Virus record (IMG/VR): IMGVR_UViG_3300042341_001208
DNA length: 64,000 nucleotides
Direction: 5' to 3' (one strand)
Source: a virus
Lineage: Duplodnaviria > Heunggongvirae > Uroviricota > Caudoviricetes
Position numbers and translations under genes: made by a program. Numbering within the stretch: the stretch's first letter is position 1; every line of letters begins with the position of its first letter. The notes beneath the pieces are model-generated. The model was not told the DNA's origin and searched no databases. It saw only the letters and a list, made by a program, of their open reading frames with translations. Below, piece by piece: positions 10,201 through 17,984 of this stretch.

Positions 10201-12344
10201 CAGTAGTAGTGGTGAAGCTTAGCGCGATGAGCAAATTTGGCTGCTTGAGTGATACGCTAAAAGACGAAGTGACGGTTTTTGGATTACCTATTGCCAACTA
10301 TCTAGTTTCAACAGATACCTTCTGTTTCCCTGACCTGACGCAGTTTTTGAACCAAAGTTTGGCTTCCTACAACTACACTTGGGATTTGGGCGATGGCACT
10401 GTAACAGGAACTACAAACCCCAAACATTTCTTCAAGAAAAGCTCAAGTCCATTTAGTGATACTACCTATTTCATCAAACTTGTTGCTACAAGCCCTTACG
10501 GATGTAAGGACACCGCAAACGGCAGTATGACCGTATTGCCTTACCCTATTCCAAAATTCAGTGTTGACAATCCTGCGGGTTGTGCGTCACACACAGTGAA
10601 GTTCAACAACCAGTCGGTAAACGTGTTGAATTACCTGTGGGTATTTGGAGATGGATATACATCAACCGATGTGAACCCTACCCATACCTTTATAAATACC
10701 GGTGCGAATGATACGGCGTATCAGGTTGTTCTTTATACCTACTCTTTGGATTGTGTAGACTCTACTAGTATTTGGATACCAGTTTACAAGCCCTCGTATT
10801 CATTCTTCAGAACGGACCGGGTAAATCCATGTGATGCTGGATATTTTAAATTCCAGAGCTTTGGCGAAAATGCGCCAATTGTGAAGTACAATTTTGGTGA
10901 TGGTAGCACATCAACTTTTCCCAACCTAACGCATTTATTCCCAACCTCACCTTACACCGATACAAGCTTCATCGTTACACTATACACCACAAGCAATCGC
11001 GGTTGCACAGACAGCTTTAAACGCACAGTTACGCTCCCACAGCGACTTTCTATCGGAATGAAAGACACCAGTTATGCGCTATGTGCTCCGACGGTAATTC
11101 AGTTTACAAACTACACAAGGGGTGCACGCACATATATTTGGGACTTTGGAGATAATGGAGGAAGTTCTCAGAAGAACCCAATTTATGAATACCAAAAACC
11201 GGGCTTATACGCATATAAGTTGTTTGCCTTTGACGCAAATGGGTGTATTGACAGTCAGGTTTCAAACGGCACTGTTCGTGTGGATGTGAGTCCTAAAGCG
11301 GATTTTGACTTTAGTCCTGGTAAAGGCCGCATGCCAAATGACAACCGTATTTTCTTTACTGACAAGAGCCGCAGTGTGATACCACTGACCTATTTCTGGG
11401 ATTTCTCGGATCCAGCGGGTATACCTGCAACGAGTACGATTCAAAATGCAACCCACGATTTTAGCGACTCTGGAGACTATAAAATCTGTTTGACGGTAGA
11501 TAATGGGGGTTGTAAGAATATATTTTGCAATTTTGTACGCATCGATCCGGCATTTCCAACCCCAGATTTCTCGGTGGGTGGGGATTCGGGTTGCCCACCT
11601 CTTACCGTGCAGTTTACCAACCTTTCTGTGAACTCTGACCGCTATATATGGTTCTTTGGTGACGGTGAAAGAAGCGAGGACAAAGACCCAGTCCATACCT
11701 ATAAGTACAGCGGATATTACGACGTGATTTTGATCGCAAAAGGTCCAGGGGGTGAGGGTAAAACGGAGAAGAAGCAGTTCATAAAAGTATTGAATGCACC
11801 ATTCACGTATTTCAATCTCACGCCCTCTATATTGTACCTTCCTGATGCCAAATTCACAACTCGAAACCTGACTACTGGAGCTGTAGGATATCAGTGGAAT
11901 GTGTACAACAGCAGCACTAGAAATCGAGTTGGGAATAGCCTTTTGGTGAATCCCTATTTCCAAGTAAACGATACGGGGCATTATGATGTGGAATTGATTT
12001 CAGTAAGCAGTCAGGTCTGTTATGATACCCTATTGTTGCCCAAGCCCATCTACGTGAATCCACGTGGCATATTGCATGTACCGGATGCCTTCACACCTAC
12101 CAATGATGAACGCAACGATGTGTTTAAACCAAGCGCGATAAACGTGCAAAAGGATTTCTATCTCTTCCAGATCTATAACAGATGGGGTGAAATCGTATTC
12201 GAAACCAAAGACCCCGATGAGGGTTGGGACGGCCGTAAAAAGGGCAAAATATGCCAAAGTGGAGTCTATGTATATAAAATCAATGCAAGACTCTTCAGCG
12301 GGGATGATATTTCAGCGGATGGTGTGGTTCACTTGATTCGATAG
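7251..12344 (+). CDS. giant secreted PKD-repeat protein with T9SS (gliding-motility-type) C-terminal sorting domain
   Basis: Signal peptide MAQKYLSKALAFALTLFATQGNLHAAC; at least 12 PKD-like repeats (GC.PL.V.F.N.S...W.FGDGT...NP.H.Y...G.Y.V.L.A...GC.DT); C-terminus LHVPDAFTPTNDERNDVFKP...YNRWGEIVFET...GWDG...GVYVY matches CHU_C/T9SS type-B CTD; TAG stop. Confidence 0.8.
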   Translation: MAQKYLSKALAFALTLFATQGNLHAACGNLTPSFSNASNKTCGIPQVITLTNTSTGNSRNVATYKWYVGTTLLSTQVGKSTQKYTINTAGSYTFKLVAIDTGKVGCKDSTSTTITISASVPRILDGNRVNTYSPIWENCISSLGVPDTFGINIKPQDSLRNYTIVWGDGTGNSTGTLLLSSQSLYHKYNSLGQFTLLIIGTKGSCTDTLRGVVSNERNPVAGIVGPPTGTNAGCVPIRMRFINNSSLSSPSTTFTWDFGNGETIVRGFNTHKDTLFYTYKRFLCNGIVKLTQTNNCGSSFATWNPIMASSKDTAIIAPTNPTNCDLAVPFTFNNTSQNRFCSTPNNKKYLWVWGDGTNSGWSTSSASQSKTYSKRGVYQVLLIDSNGCGKDTARYTLRIDSMPTISAGPASAAGCSPLVVNFRDNSINATSRNWDFGYATPTSSAQNPTHTYQTGGTYRAVLTVANNCGSLKDTVLITVKQKVKANFNTPLTGCAPLTQKWTNTSVKGLAGTPTYFWDFGDGTTSTQVNPPDKTYSTLGTYTITLIATDSCGKDTIKKTFTVRGKPSATITLLSSSRCVGSTLDIRFVTSPVNTASVIWGDGTNGSSYFGLGGSVDRTVSRKYDSLRTYRFGVVMVDPSGCRDTNYLNIAMDPRPTMNYTYTTTNGCGPLDVTFTNTSAHNGGGNINQMKFLWNFSNGILAYSKDTAARFLPFKTRDSIYPVKLIGTNAFGCRDSITKTVRVYPKPLSKFSISEKDGCAPLDITTTNNSTPYDTGSINIMKFIWDFGNGRKAFGKDTAARFLASKTKDTVYTVSLISISEHGCRDTSSTTVRIYPKPKALFTRSKTEGCKPLGVTYVNQSVPYDTGNISIMSFAWDLGNRITSFATEPVGIYNDAINKDTTYKVRLIATSEHGCKDTANSTVLLHPNPVIKFDMSRTNGCGPLPVSFSNKSINGDAFTWEFGVYGTDTAKSPSKVFYGRDIFDSVVVVKLSAMSKFGCLSDTLKDEVTVFGLPIANYLVSTDTFCFPDLTQFLNQSLASYNYTWDLGDGTVTGTTNPKHFFKKSSSPFSDTTYFIKLVATSPYGCKDTANGSMTVLPYPIPKFSVDNPAGCASHTVKFNNQSVNVLNYLWVFGDGYTSTDVNPTHTFINTGANDTAYQVVLYTYSLDCVDSTSIWIPVYKPSYSFFRTDRVNPCDAGYFKFQSFGENAPIVKYNFGDGSTSTFPNLTHLFPTSPYTDTSFIVTLYTTSNRGCTDSFKRTVTLPQRLSIGMKDTSYALCAPTVIQFTNYTRGARTYIWDFGDNGGSSQKNPIYEYQKPGLYAYKLFAFDANGCIDSQVSNGTVRVDVSPKADFDFSPGKGRMPNDNRIFFTDKSRSVIPLTYFWDFSDPAGIPATSTIQNATHDFSDSGDYKICLTVDNGGCKNIFCNFVRIDPAFPTPDFSVGGDSGCPPLTVQFTNLSVNSDRYIWFFGDGERSEDKDPVHTYKYSGYYDVILIAKGPGGEGKTEKKQFIKVLNAPFTYFNLTPSILYLPDAKFTTRNLTTGAVGYQWNVYNSSTRNRVGNSLLVNPYFQVNDTGHYDVELISVSSQVCYDTLLLPKPIYVNPRGILHVPDAFTPTNDERNDVFKPSAINVQKDFYLFQIYNRWGEIVFETKDPDEGWDGRKKGKICQSGVYVYKINARLFSGDDISADGVVHLIR

Positions 12345-12393
12345 ACTATCTGTGTAACAAGATGGCATAATGAAAATTGTAATAATAAAAATT

Positions 12394-12403
12394 GACCGTA
12401 TAT
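12394..12403 (+). promoter_or_regulatory. GACCGTATAT promoter-like motif
   Basis: 7 nt upstream of ATG 12411. Confidence 0.45.
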
Positions 12404-12410
12404 TTATAAA

Positions 12411-12761
12411 ATGGCAATAAAATACAAAGAGTTTAAAAAGAAATTACAAAACGAACCCCTAACCGAAGAGGAATTAACCATTATTCAGGAGACAGAAGAT
12501 TATATTGACTCTGAAATTCTAAACCAATTTCCGAAGAGCAATTACGGAGAGGTTCTAATTGATTTGACTTATCCGTCTTTTACCTACTCTCATCAAAGAG
12601 GTTCTTTGATGGACTCAAATTCATATAGAAGATCCTTGATGAGATCCGAATTAGAAAAAAGATACAAATCAGCCGGATGGAAGATAGAGGTTAAATTCGA
12701 CGATGGACTGGATGGACCTAATATGTCCGGTCCAGATTATTGGATATTAAAAGGAAAGTAG
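12411..12761 (+). CDS. hypothetical protein
   Basis: 116-aa ORF; promoter motif 7 nt upstream. Confidence 0.45.
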   Translation: MAIKYKEFKKKLQNEPLTEEELTIIQETEDYIDSEILNQFPKSNYGEVLIDLTYPSFTYSHQRGSLMDSNSYRRSLMRSELEKRYKSAGWKIEVKFDDGLDGPNMSGPDYWILKGK

Positions 12762-12771
12762 GACCGTATAT
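12762..12771 (+). promoter_or_regulatory. GACCGTATAT promoter-like motif
   Basis: gGACCGTATATttataaaaataacaatATG, 16 nt upstream of prs start 12788. Confidence 0.5.
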
Positions 12772-12787
12772 TTATAAAAATAACAAT

Positions 12788-13690
12788 ATGTTACAATTAA
12801 ATTTAGCAGACTCAGATAAGTCACAGATCAAATTTAAACCATCTGCATTTCCAGACGGCCAGCAATCAATCACTTTAGCTCTGTCCACAATCTCAGATCT
12901 AGAAATATCTTGCACAATCAAGTCCAGATTAAATTCTTTCAGGGATTTAGAACTCATAGTCTGCGCAGCAGCTGCATTGAGAGAAGCTGGAATGGAAAGA
13001 ATTCACCTTTATATTCCATACTGTCTAGGCGGAAGATCTGACATCAAATTTGAAGAAGGTGGCTTAAACTACATCAAGAGTGTAATTGCACCTATCATCA
13101 ATTTACAAAAATTTACTTCTGTTACCGTCATGGATGCTCACTCGATAGCTCTAGAAAATTGCATTGATAATTTGAAAAAGCTAGACAATTCTTATCTTGC
13201 AAAATGGGCAATCAAGGATCTATCTTCAGAAGGAGGAGATTTCAAATTGGTCTCTCCTGATGCTGGAGCACTAAAGAAAATATTCTCAACAGCTAAATCT
13301 ATCGGATATAAAGGAGAAATAATAGTTGCTGAAAAAGTTAGAGATTTATCTACCGGAAAAATTATTCACACCAAGGTACCTATAAACGTTTATGATGCAG
13401 ATAAAGATTTTATCATTATAGATGATATCTGTGACGGTGGGAGAACATTCATAGAAATCGCCAAGGCTATAGAAGAAATGAGATCTTTAAGTTCAGTGGT
13501 TCATCCAGATAAGCACGGAAAAAATTACCTTATCGTAACTCACGGCATCTTCAGCGCAGGATTTGAAGAACTTAGTAAATATTTTGATAGAATTTATACC
13601 ACCAATTCTATCTCCGAAATAAACGAGTCTGAAAATTACAAAGGTGCTGAATTTGATAAACAATTTGTTAAACAACTAAACGTATTCTAA
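12788..13690 (+). CDS. prs: ribose-phosphate pyrophosphokinase (PRPP synthetase)
   Basis: Start set to ATG 12788 just after the promoter motif; motifs VTVMDAHS, KLVSPDAGALKK, IIIDDICDGGRTF (PRTase-type PRPP loop), LIVTHGIFS. Confidence 0.75.
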   Translation: MLQLNLADSDKSQIKFKPSAFPDGQQSITLALSTISDLEISCTIKSRLNSFRDLELIVCAAAALREAGMERIHLYIPYCLGGRSDIKFEEGGLNYIKSVIAPIINLQKFTSVTVMDAHSIALENCIDNLKKLDNSYLAKWAIKDLSSEGGDFKLVSPDAGALKKIFSTAKSIGYKGEIIVAEKVRDLSTGKIIHTKVPINVYDADKDFIIIDDICDGGRTFIEIAKAIEEMRSLSSVVHPDKHGKNYLIVTHGIFSAGFEELSKYFDRIYTTNSISEINESENYKGAEFDKQFVKQLNVF

Positions 13691-13691
13691 A

Positions 13692-14165
13692 ATGAAAGAA
13701 ACACTAGAATTGAGAATGTATGGATTAGTTCCATATAACTTAAGCCCCATCCAGCAAGGGATCCAATTTGGACACGCAGTTGTTGAGTATGGGTTAACCC
13801 ATTTCGGAGAAAAAAATTACCGGGATTGGGCTAACAATCATAAGACCTTTATCATTCTCAATGGAGGGACTACTAATAATTCCATAGATAAAGAAACAGG
13901 AAATCCAAAAGGAACTTTAAATCAGCATGCGGTAAACCTTAGAGATATGGGGATTCCTTTTTGCACCTTTTATGAGCCTGACTTAGGGGATCAATTAACA
14001 GCAGTAGTTTTTCTAGTAGACGAACATGTCTTCAACAGAGAAAAATATCCGGATCCAAGAGATCCATTTAATCAGGATTGGGCTTGGTCTGAGCATCTTA
14101 GCACAGAAGAACTTTCTAGAGTTTTGCAAATGAGAGACTTTTTAAAACAATTTAGATTAGCATAA
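13692..14165 (+). CDS. PTH2-like (peptidyl-tRNA hydrolase 2 family) protein, divergent
   Basis: LRMYGLVPYNLSPIQQGIQFGHAV and FYEPDLGDQLTAVVFL parallel the KMILVVRNDL...AAQCSHA and DAG..T.l.igP segments of PTH2; paralog of the TAG-containing ORF at 25811. Confidence 0.4.
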   Translation: MKETLELRMYGLVPYNLSPIQQGIQFGHAVVEYGLTHFGEKNYRDWANNHKTFIILNGGTTNNSIDKETGNPKGTLNQHAVNLRDMGIPFCTFYEPDLGDQLTAVVFLVDEHVFNREKYPDPRDPFNQDWAWSEHLSTEELSRVLQMRDFLKQFRLA

Positions 14166-14686
14166 TGGAATCATACTCAGAAATAGAAGGAGATTTAATC
14201 TCATTAGCAAAGCAAGGTAAATTTGAAGTTATCACCCATGGATGTAATTGCAGATCCCAAATGGGAGCAGGGATTGCACCACAAATGGCAAAAGCATTTG
14301 GATGCGATAAATTCGAAATGGAAACTTGGGGTCCAACTATCGAAAAATTAGGCTGCATAGATTATGAAACTGTAGTTCTAGGAGAAAATGCAATCTGGAG
14401 TCTTCTGGATGCTAAAAATAACCGAAACGAACCTGAATTGGCCGTTGTTAATTCTTACACCCAAAACTACTACGGAAAGAATCACTCAGATGGGGTTTCC
14501 AAACCTTTAGACTACGAGGCTTTAACCCTTTGCATGAGGAAGATCAATTCTACCTTTAGAGGCAAACACATAGGAATGCCAAAAATAGGAGCAGGATTAG
14601 CTGGAGGAGATTGGAACAGAATAAAAAAAATCATACAGACCGAATTAAAAGACTGTAAAGTAACTATAGTAATATACAACAAATAA
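14165..14686 (+). CDS. macrodomain protein, TARG1/OARD1/DarG-like (Macro_2 type)
   Basis: GDLISLAKQGKFEVITHGCNCRSQMGAGIAPQMAKAFG matches the GDLF...SLAHCIS.D..MGAGIA..F...FG signature of TARG1-type ADP-ribose hydrolases. Confidence 0.6.
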   Translation: MESYSEIEGDLISLAKQGKFEVITHGCNCRSQMGAGIAPQMAKAFGCDKFEMETWGPTIEKLGCIDYETVVLGENAIWSLLDAKNNRNEPELAVVNSYTQNYYGKNHSDGVSKPLDYEALTLCMRKINSTFRGKHIGMPKIGAGLAGGDWNRIKKIIQTELKDCKVTIVIYNK

Positions 14687-14706
14687 ATTAAATAAAATAA
14701 AATATC

Positions 14707-15066
14707 ATGGACAATCAAATTGATGAAATGACCGGAACCTTGGAAGAAATGAAAGGTGCATTCGTAGGCTCTTTAGTGCGTAACAACAAAAAGATCCGCG
14801 AAGACAGAGCAATCGCAATCGCAGAAGCTGCTCAAATGCTCTACAAAAGAAAAGTTGAGGACACAGAATTAGCTATTAAACAGCTAAAAAGAGAAAGAGA
14901 ATCTATGTTAGACCTTAGTCCAACAACAGCAGATTCTTTGGTAATGGCTTCAGATTTTGACGCAGAAGCTTTCATCCAAAAGGATGTAGAGATCGGTCTC
15001 AAAATTAGAAATTTAGAGATCACTCTAGAAATTGCAAGAACTCGTTACAACCACTTATTTGAATAA
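14707..15066 (+). CDS. coiled-coil hypothetical protein
   Basis: 119 aa, heptad-like charged/hydrophobic pattern. Confidence 0.4.
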   Translation: MDNQIDEMTGTLEEMKGAFVGSLVRNNKKIREDRAIAIAEAAQMLYKRKVEDTELAIKQLKRERESMLDLSPTTADSLVMASDFDAEAFIQKDVEIGLKIRNLEITLEIARTRYNHLFE

Positions 15067-15071
15067 TCCGT

Positions 15072-15953
15072 ATGGGAAATTCAAGTTATTCTACCTATAA
15101 TAGATCCATCAGATCCGAATCTTTTGGCTATCATAGCAAATCAAGAAACGAGATCTTTACCCAAAGTAAAGAGGGTAAAGCTCACGAGCAAATGAGACCT
15201 AAAGGAATCGTCTACAGAGAATGTAGAGATTCCGAGGCTCACCCGAATGCTACCCCGATTCAGCTTTATTTGGACGTTACCGGAAGCATGGGACATATTC
15301 CCCACGAAATGATTAAAGACGGTTTACCAACTTTAATGGGGAATCTAATTCAAAGAGGTGTAGAGGATGCTTCCCTTATGTTTGGAGCTATCGGTGACCA
15401 CGAATGTGACAAATCACCTCTCCAAGTTGGACAGTTTGAATCTGGTGACGAAGAATTGGACATGTGGCTTACCAGAACCTGGCTCGAAGGCGGAGGTGGT
15501 GGAAACGGCGGAGAAAGCTATCCATTAGCTTGGTATTTCGCAGGAAATCACGTTGCAACAGATGCTTGGGAGAAGAGAAACCAAAAAGGATTCGTATTCA
15601 CTATCGGTGATGAGCCTTTCCTTAATTCTCTACCAATGTCTGCAGTAAAGGAAATCATGGGGGATTCAGCATCAGGCCAATCTACTTGGGATGCTACAGT
15701 TCTTCTAGAACAAGCTCAAAAGACAAATCACGTTTTCCATATCTTCTTAGAACATGGTTACAGAAAAGTTGATTCGGCTTGGAAAGAATTAATGGGAGAT
15801 CACCTTATAGTTGCAAAAGACTATAAAGATATCCCGAAAATTATCTCAGAAACAATTTTAACTATTCAAGGGGAAAGAAAACCTTCTGAGAATGCGACCG
15901 TATATTCTAGTAATACTACAGATGAAAAAGACTCTGTAGATATTATCCTATAA
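15072..15953 (+). CDS. von Willebrand factor A (vWA) domain protein
   Basis: MIDAS-like LYLDVTGSMG (DxSxS) then Rossmann-like layout; Gly-rich loop EGGGGGNGGE. Confidence 0.55.
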   Translation: MGNSSYSTYNRSIRSESFGYHSKSRNEIFTQSKEGKAHEQMRPKGIVYRECRDSEAHPNATPIQLYLDVTGSMGHIPHEMIKDGLPTLMGNLIQRGVEDASLMFGAIGDHECDKSPLQVGQFESGDEELDMWLTRTWLEGGGGGNGGESYPLAWYFAGNHVATDAWEKRNQKGFVFTIGDEPFLNSLPMSAVKEIMGDSASGQSTWDATVLLEQAQKTNHVFHIFLEHGYRKVDSAWKELMGDHLIVAKDYKDIPKIISETILTIQGERKPSENATVYSSNTTDEKDSVDIIL

Positions 15954-17011
15954 TGAATACGAGCAAAATAGTAATTGGACTAAACTACGGAGACGAAGGA
16001 AAGGGGTTAACCACCTCTTTCCTCTGTTCCCAATCTAAAAATCCCATCGTTGTTAGATTCAACGGGGGTCACCAAGCAGGTCACACAGTATCCTTCAAAG
16101 GAAAAAGACATGTGTTTTCTAGCTTTGGATCAGGAACACTTCAAAAAGTTCCAACGTACTGGAGCAAATATTGCACATTCTCTCCGACAGCATTTCTAAA
16201 TGAATTAAAATTTCTACTGGATAAATCTTTAAAATTCCCAGGATTTTATCTTGATCCTTTATGTCCAATCACAACACCTTACGATTTATACAGCAACCGA
16301 AAAGATTCCCAGAATGTGAGTCATGGAACAGTCGGGGTAGGATTTGGATCAACTCTTAAAAGACACGAAAACTTTTATAAGCTTTATGCACAGGATATGT
16401 TCTATCCAGAAGTCTTCAAAGCAAAATTAGAAAACATTGCTAAGTATTACGGAATGGAGGATCTCGAAATCGATAACTTTTTAGAAGACGTAACAATTGT
16501 AACTACTATAGTTCAATTGACAAATGAAAAAGTTCTTTTAAATTATTCAGATGCTATATTTGAAGGGGCTCAAGGGGTTCTTTTAGATATGGATTTTGGA
16601 TTTTTTCCAAACGTTACCAGATCTAATACAACATCTAAAAATGCACTGGAAATTTCTCCTCTGCATTCAAACGAAATCTACTACATCACAAGATCTTATT
16701 TAACTAGACACGGAGCTGGATTTCTTCCAGGAGAAAAAGAACTTCCCCTAATTAATAATGAATTGGAGACAAACGTCTCTCATGAATACCAAGGAAATTT
16801 TAGAACAGCAGATTTAGATTTGGATCTTCTAAACTATTCTTTAAAATGTGACTCTCATTTTTCTGAGGGTCAAACCAAAAATCTAGTAATTACCTGCATG
16901 GATCAATATCCAATAGATGTAGAAAAATTGCTAGAAAAATTAGAAATTAAATTCAATAAAGTGTTCGTCTCTTACGGGGATTCACTTGATAAAATACAAC
17001 AATTAAAATGA
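15953..17011 (+). CDS. short adenylosuccinate synthetase homologue (PurA family; PurZ candidate)
   Basis: GDEGKG P-loop (IGLNYGDEGKGL), GGHQAGHTV, EGAQGVLLDMDFGFFPNVTRSNTT, TRHGAGFLPGE; 352 aa, shorter than bacterial PurA (about 430 aa), like archaeal PurA and phage PurZ. Confidence 0.7.
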   Translation: MNTSKIVIGLNYGDEGKGLTTSFLCSQSKNPIVVRFNGGHQAGHTVSFKGKRHVFSSFGSGTLQKVPTYWSKYCTFSPTAFLNELKFLLDKSLKFPGFYLDPLCPITTPYDLYSNRKDSQNVSHGTVGVGFGSTLKRHENFYKLYAQDMFYPEVFKAKLENIAKYYGMEDLEIDNFLEDVTIVTTIVQLTNEKVLLNYSDAIFEGAQGVLLDMDFGFFPNVTRSNTTSKNALEISPLHSNEIYYITRSYLTRHGAGFLPGEKELPLINNELETNVSHEYQGNFRTADLDLDLLNYSLKCDSHFSEGQTKNLVITCMDQYPIDVEKLLEKLEIKFNKVFVSYGDSLDKIQQLK

Positions 17012-17481
17012 AAATAACAGAAAAATATGTCTTCTTTTGGAACGGGATTTATTCTCAGTGGCACAAAGCAAAAATGACAATCGACGGTGTTGAGTATAGC
17101 TCTTGTGAGCAATATATGATGCATCAAAAAGCTATCGTCTTCAGCGACTTTTATATTGCATCTCAGATACTTCTGACAGAGAATCCGAAAGAGCAAAAAG
17201 CACTCGGAAGACAAATTCAAGGGTTTGATAAAAACATTTGGGATTCGGTTTGCTTGAGCATAGTCTATAAAGGAAATCTAGCTAAATTTTCTCAAAATGA
17301 GGATCTAAAATCAGATCTTCTTTCCACCGAGAATAGAATCCTGGTAGAAGCTTCACCCTTGGATCAAATTTGGGGAATTGGAATGGCAGAGGATCATCCA
17401 AATATAGAATCTCCAGAACACTGGAGGGGACTGAACTTGCTTGGATGGGCGTTAAACTTAGTAAAAAAAGAATTAAATTAA
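17008..17481 (+). CDS. NADAR (YbiA/DUF1768) domain protein
   Basis: FFWNGIYSQW...IDGVEYSSCEQYMMHQKA...KALGRQIQ...IWD...KFSQNEDLKSDLLSTENRILVEASPLDQIWGIGM matches NADAR family conserved blocks. Confidence 0.65.
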   Translation: MKITEKYVFFWNGIYSQWHKAKMTIDGVEYSSCEQYMMHQKAIVFSDFYIASQILLTENPKEQKALGRQIQGFDKNIWDSVCLSIVYKGNLAKFSQNEDLKSDLLSTENRILVEASPLDQIWGIGMAEDHPNIESPEHWRGLNLLGWALNLVKKELN

Positions 17482-17721
17482 ATGAAAAGTACAGAATTTG
17501 CATATTGGTTACAAGGGTTCTTCGAACTTAGCGAAACTAACACCTTGTCGGAAAGACAGGTCGAAACTATTAAAAATCATTTGAAGCTGGTTTTCTATCA
17601 TGAGATAGATCCTTCCTATTCTACAGATCCTGTAGTACAGGAAACCATGCAAAAAATTCACGACGGAGAACCTCAAAAGAGAACTCCGAGAAATTCTAAC
17701 CCAAGAACTATAAAATGTTAA
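17482..17721 (+). CDS. hypothetical small protein (tandem paralog A)
   Basis: AYWLQGFFEL...RQVETIKNHLKLVFYHE parallels next gene. Confidence 0.4.
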   Translation: MKSTEFAYWLQGFFELSETNTLSERQVETIKNHLKLVFYHEIDPSYSTDPVVQETMQKIHDGEPQKRTPRNSNPRTIKC

Positions 17722-17984
17722 CCATGGAAGAAACAAGAAATTTTGTTATCTGGCTTGATGGATTTCTAGAAGCTTGCGGGCCAACTCCAACTAAGGAGCA
17801 GGTCGAAAAAATAAAATCCAGGCTGAATGGAATTTTTGAGCATGTTGCAGAAATCCCAGCTAAGGAGAACGAAAAACCGTCTCTAGAGGAATTAGGACAA
17901 GAACATGGATTTAATGTATATCCCGGATTTCCTGGATCAGGATTTCCTTTTAGAGATGAAGGTGGTGGTTTATTAAGATGCTAA
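17715..17984 (+). CDS. hypothetical small protein (tandem paralog B)
   Basis: FVIWLDGFLEAC...KEQVEKIKSRLNGIFEHV parallels the previous gene; Gly/Pro-rich tail. Confidence 0.4.
   Translation: MLTMEETRNFVIWLDGFLEACGPTPTKEQVEKIKSRLNGIFEHVAEIPAKENEKPSLEELGQEHGFNVYPGFPGSGFPFRDEGGGLLRC

Noticed and set aside
7290-12257. Antisense and alternative-frame ORFs inside the giant PKD-repeat gene (e.g. 7290..7496 -, 7802..8071 -, 8137..8397 +, 11262..11981 - 239 aa, 12030..12257 -)
   Set aside because: They are embedded in a 5.1-kb frame with periodic PKD motifs and a recognisable T9SS CTD. Their products are low-complexity with no motifs. Spurious ORFs of this kind are expected in the more GC-rich repeat region.
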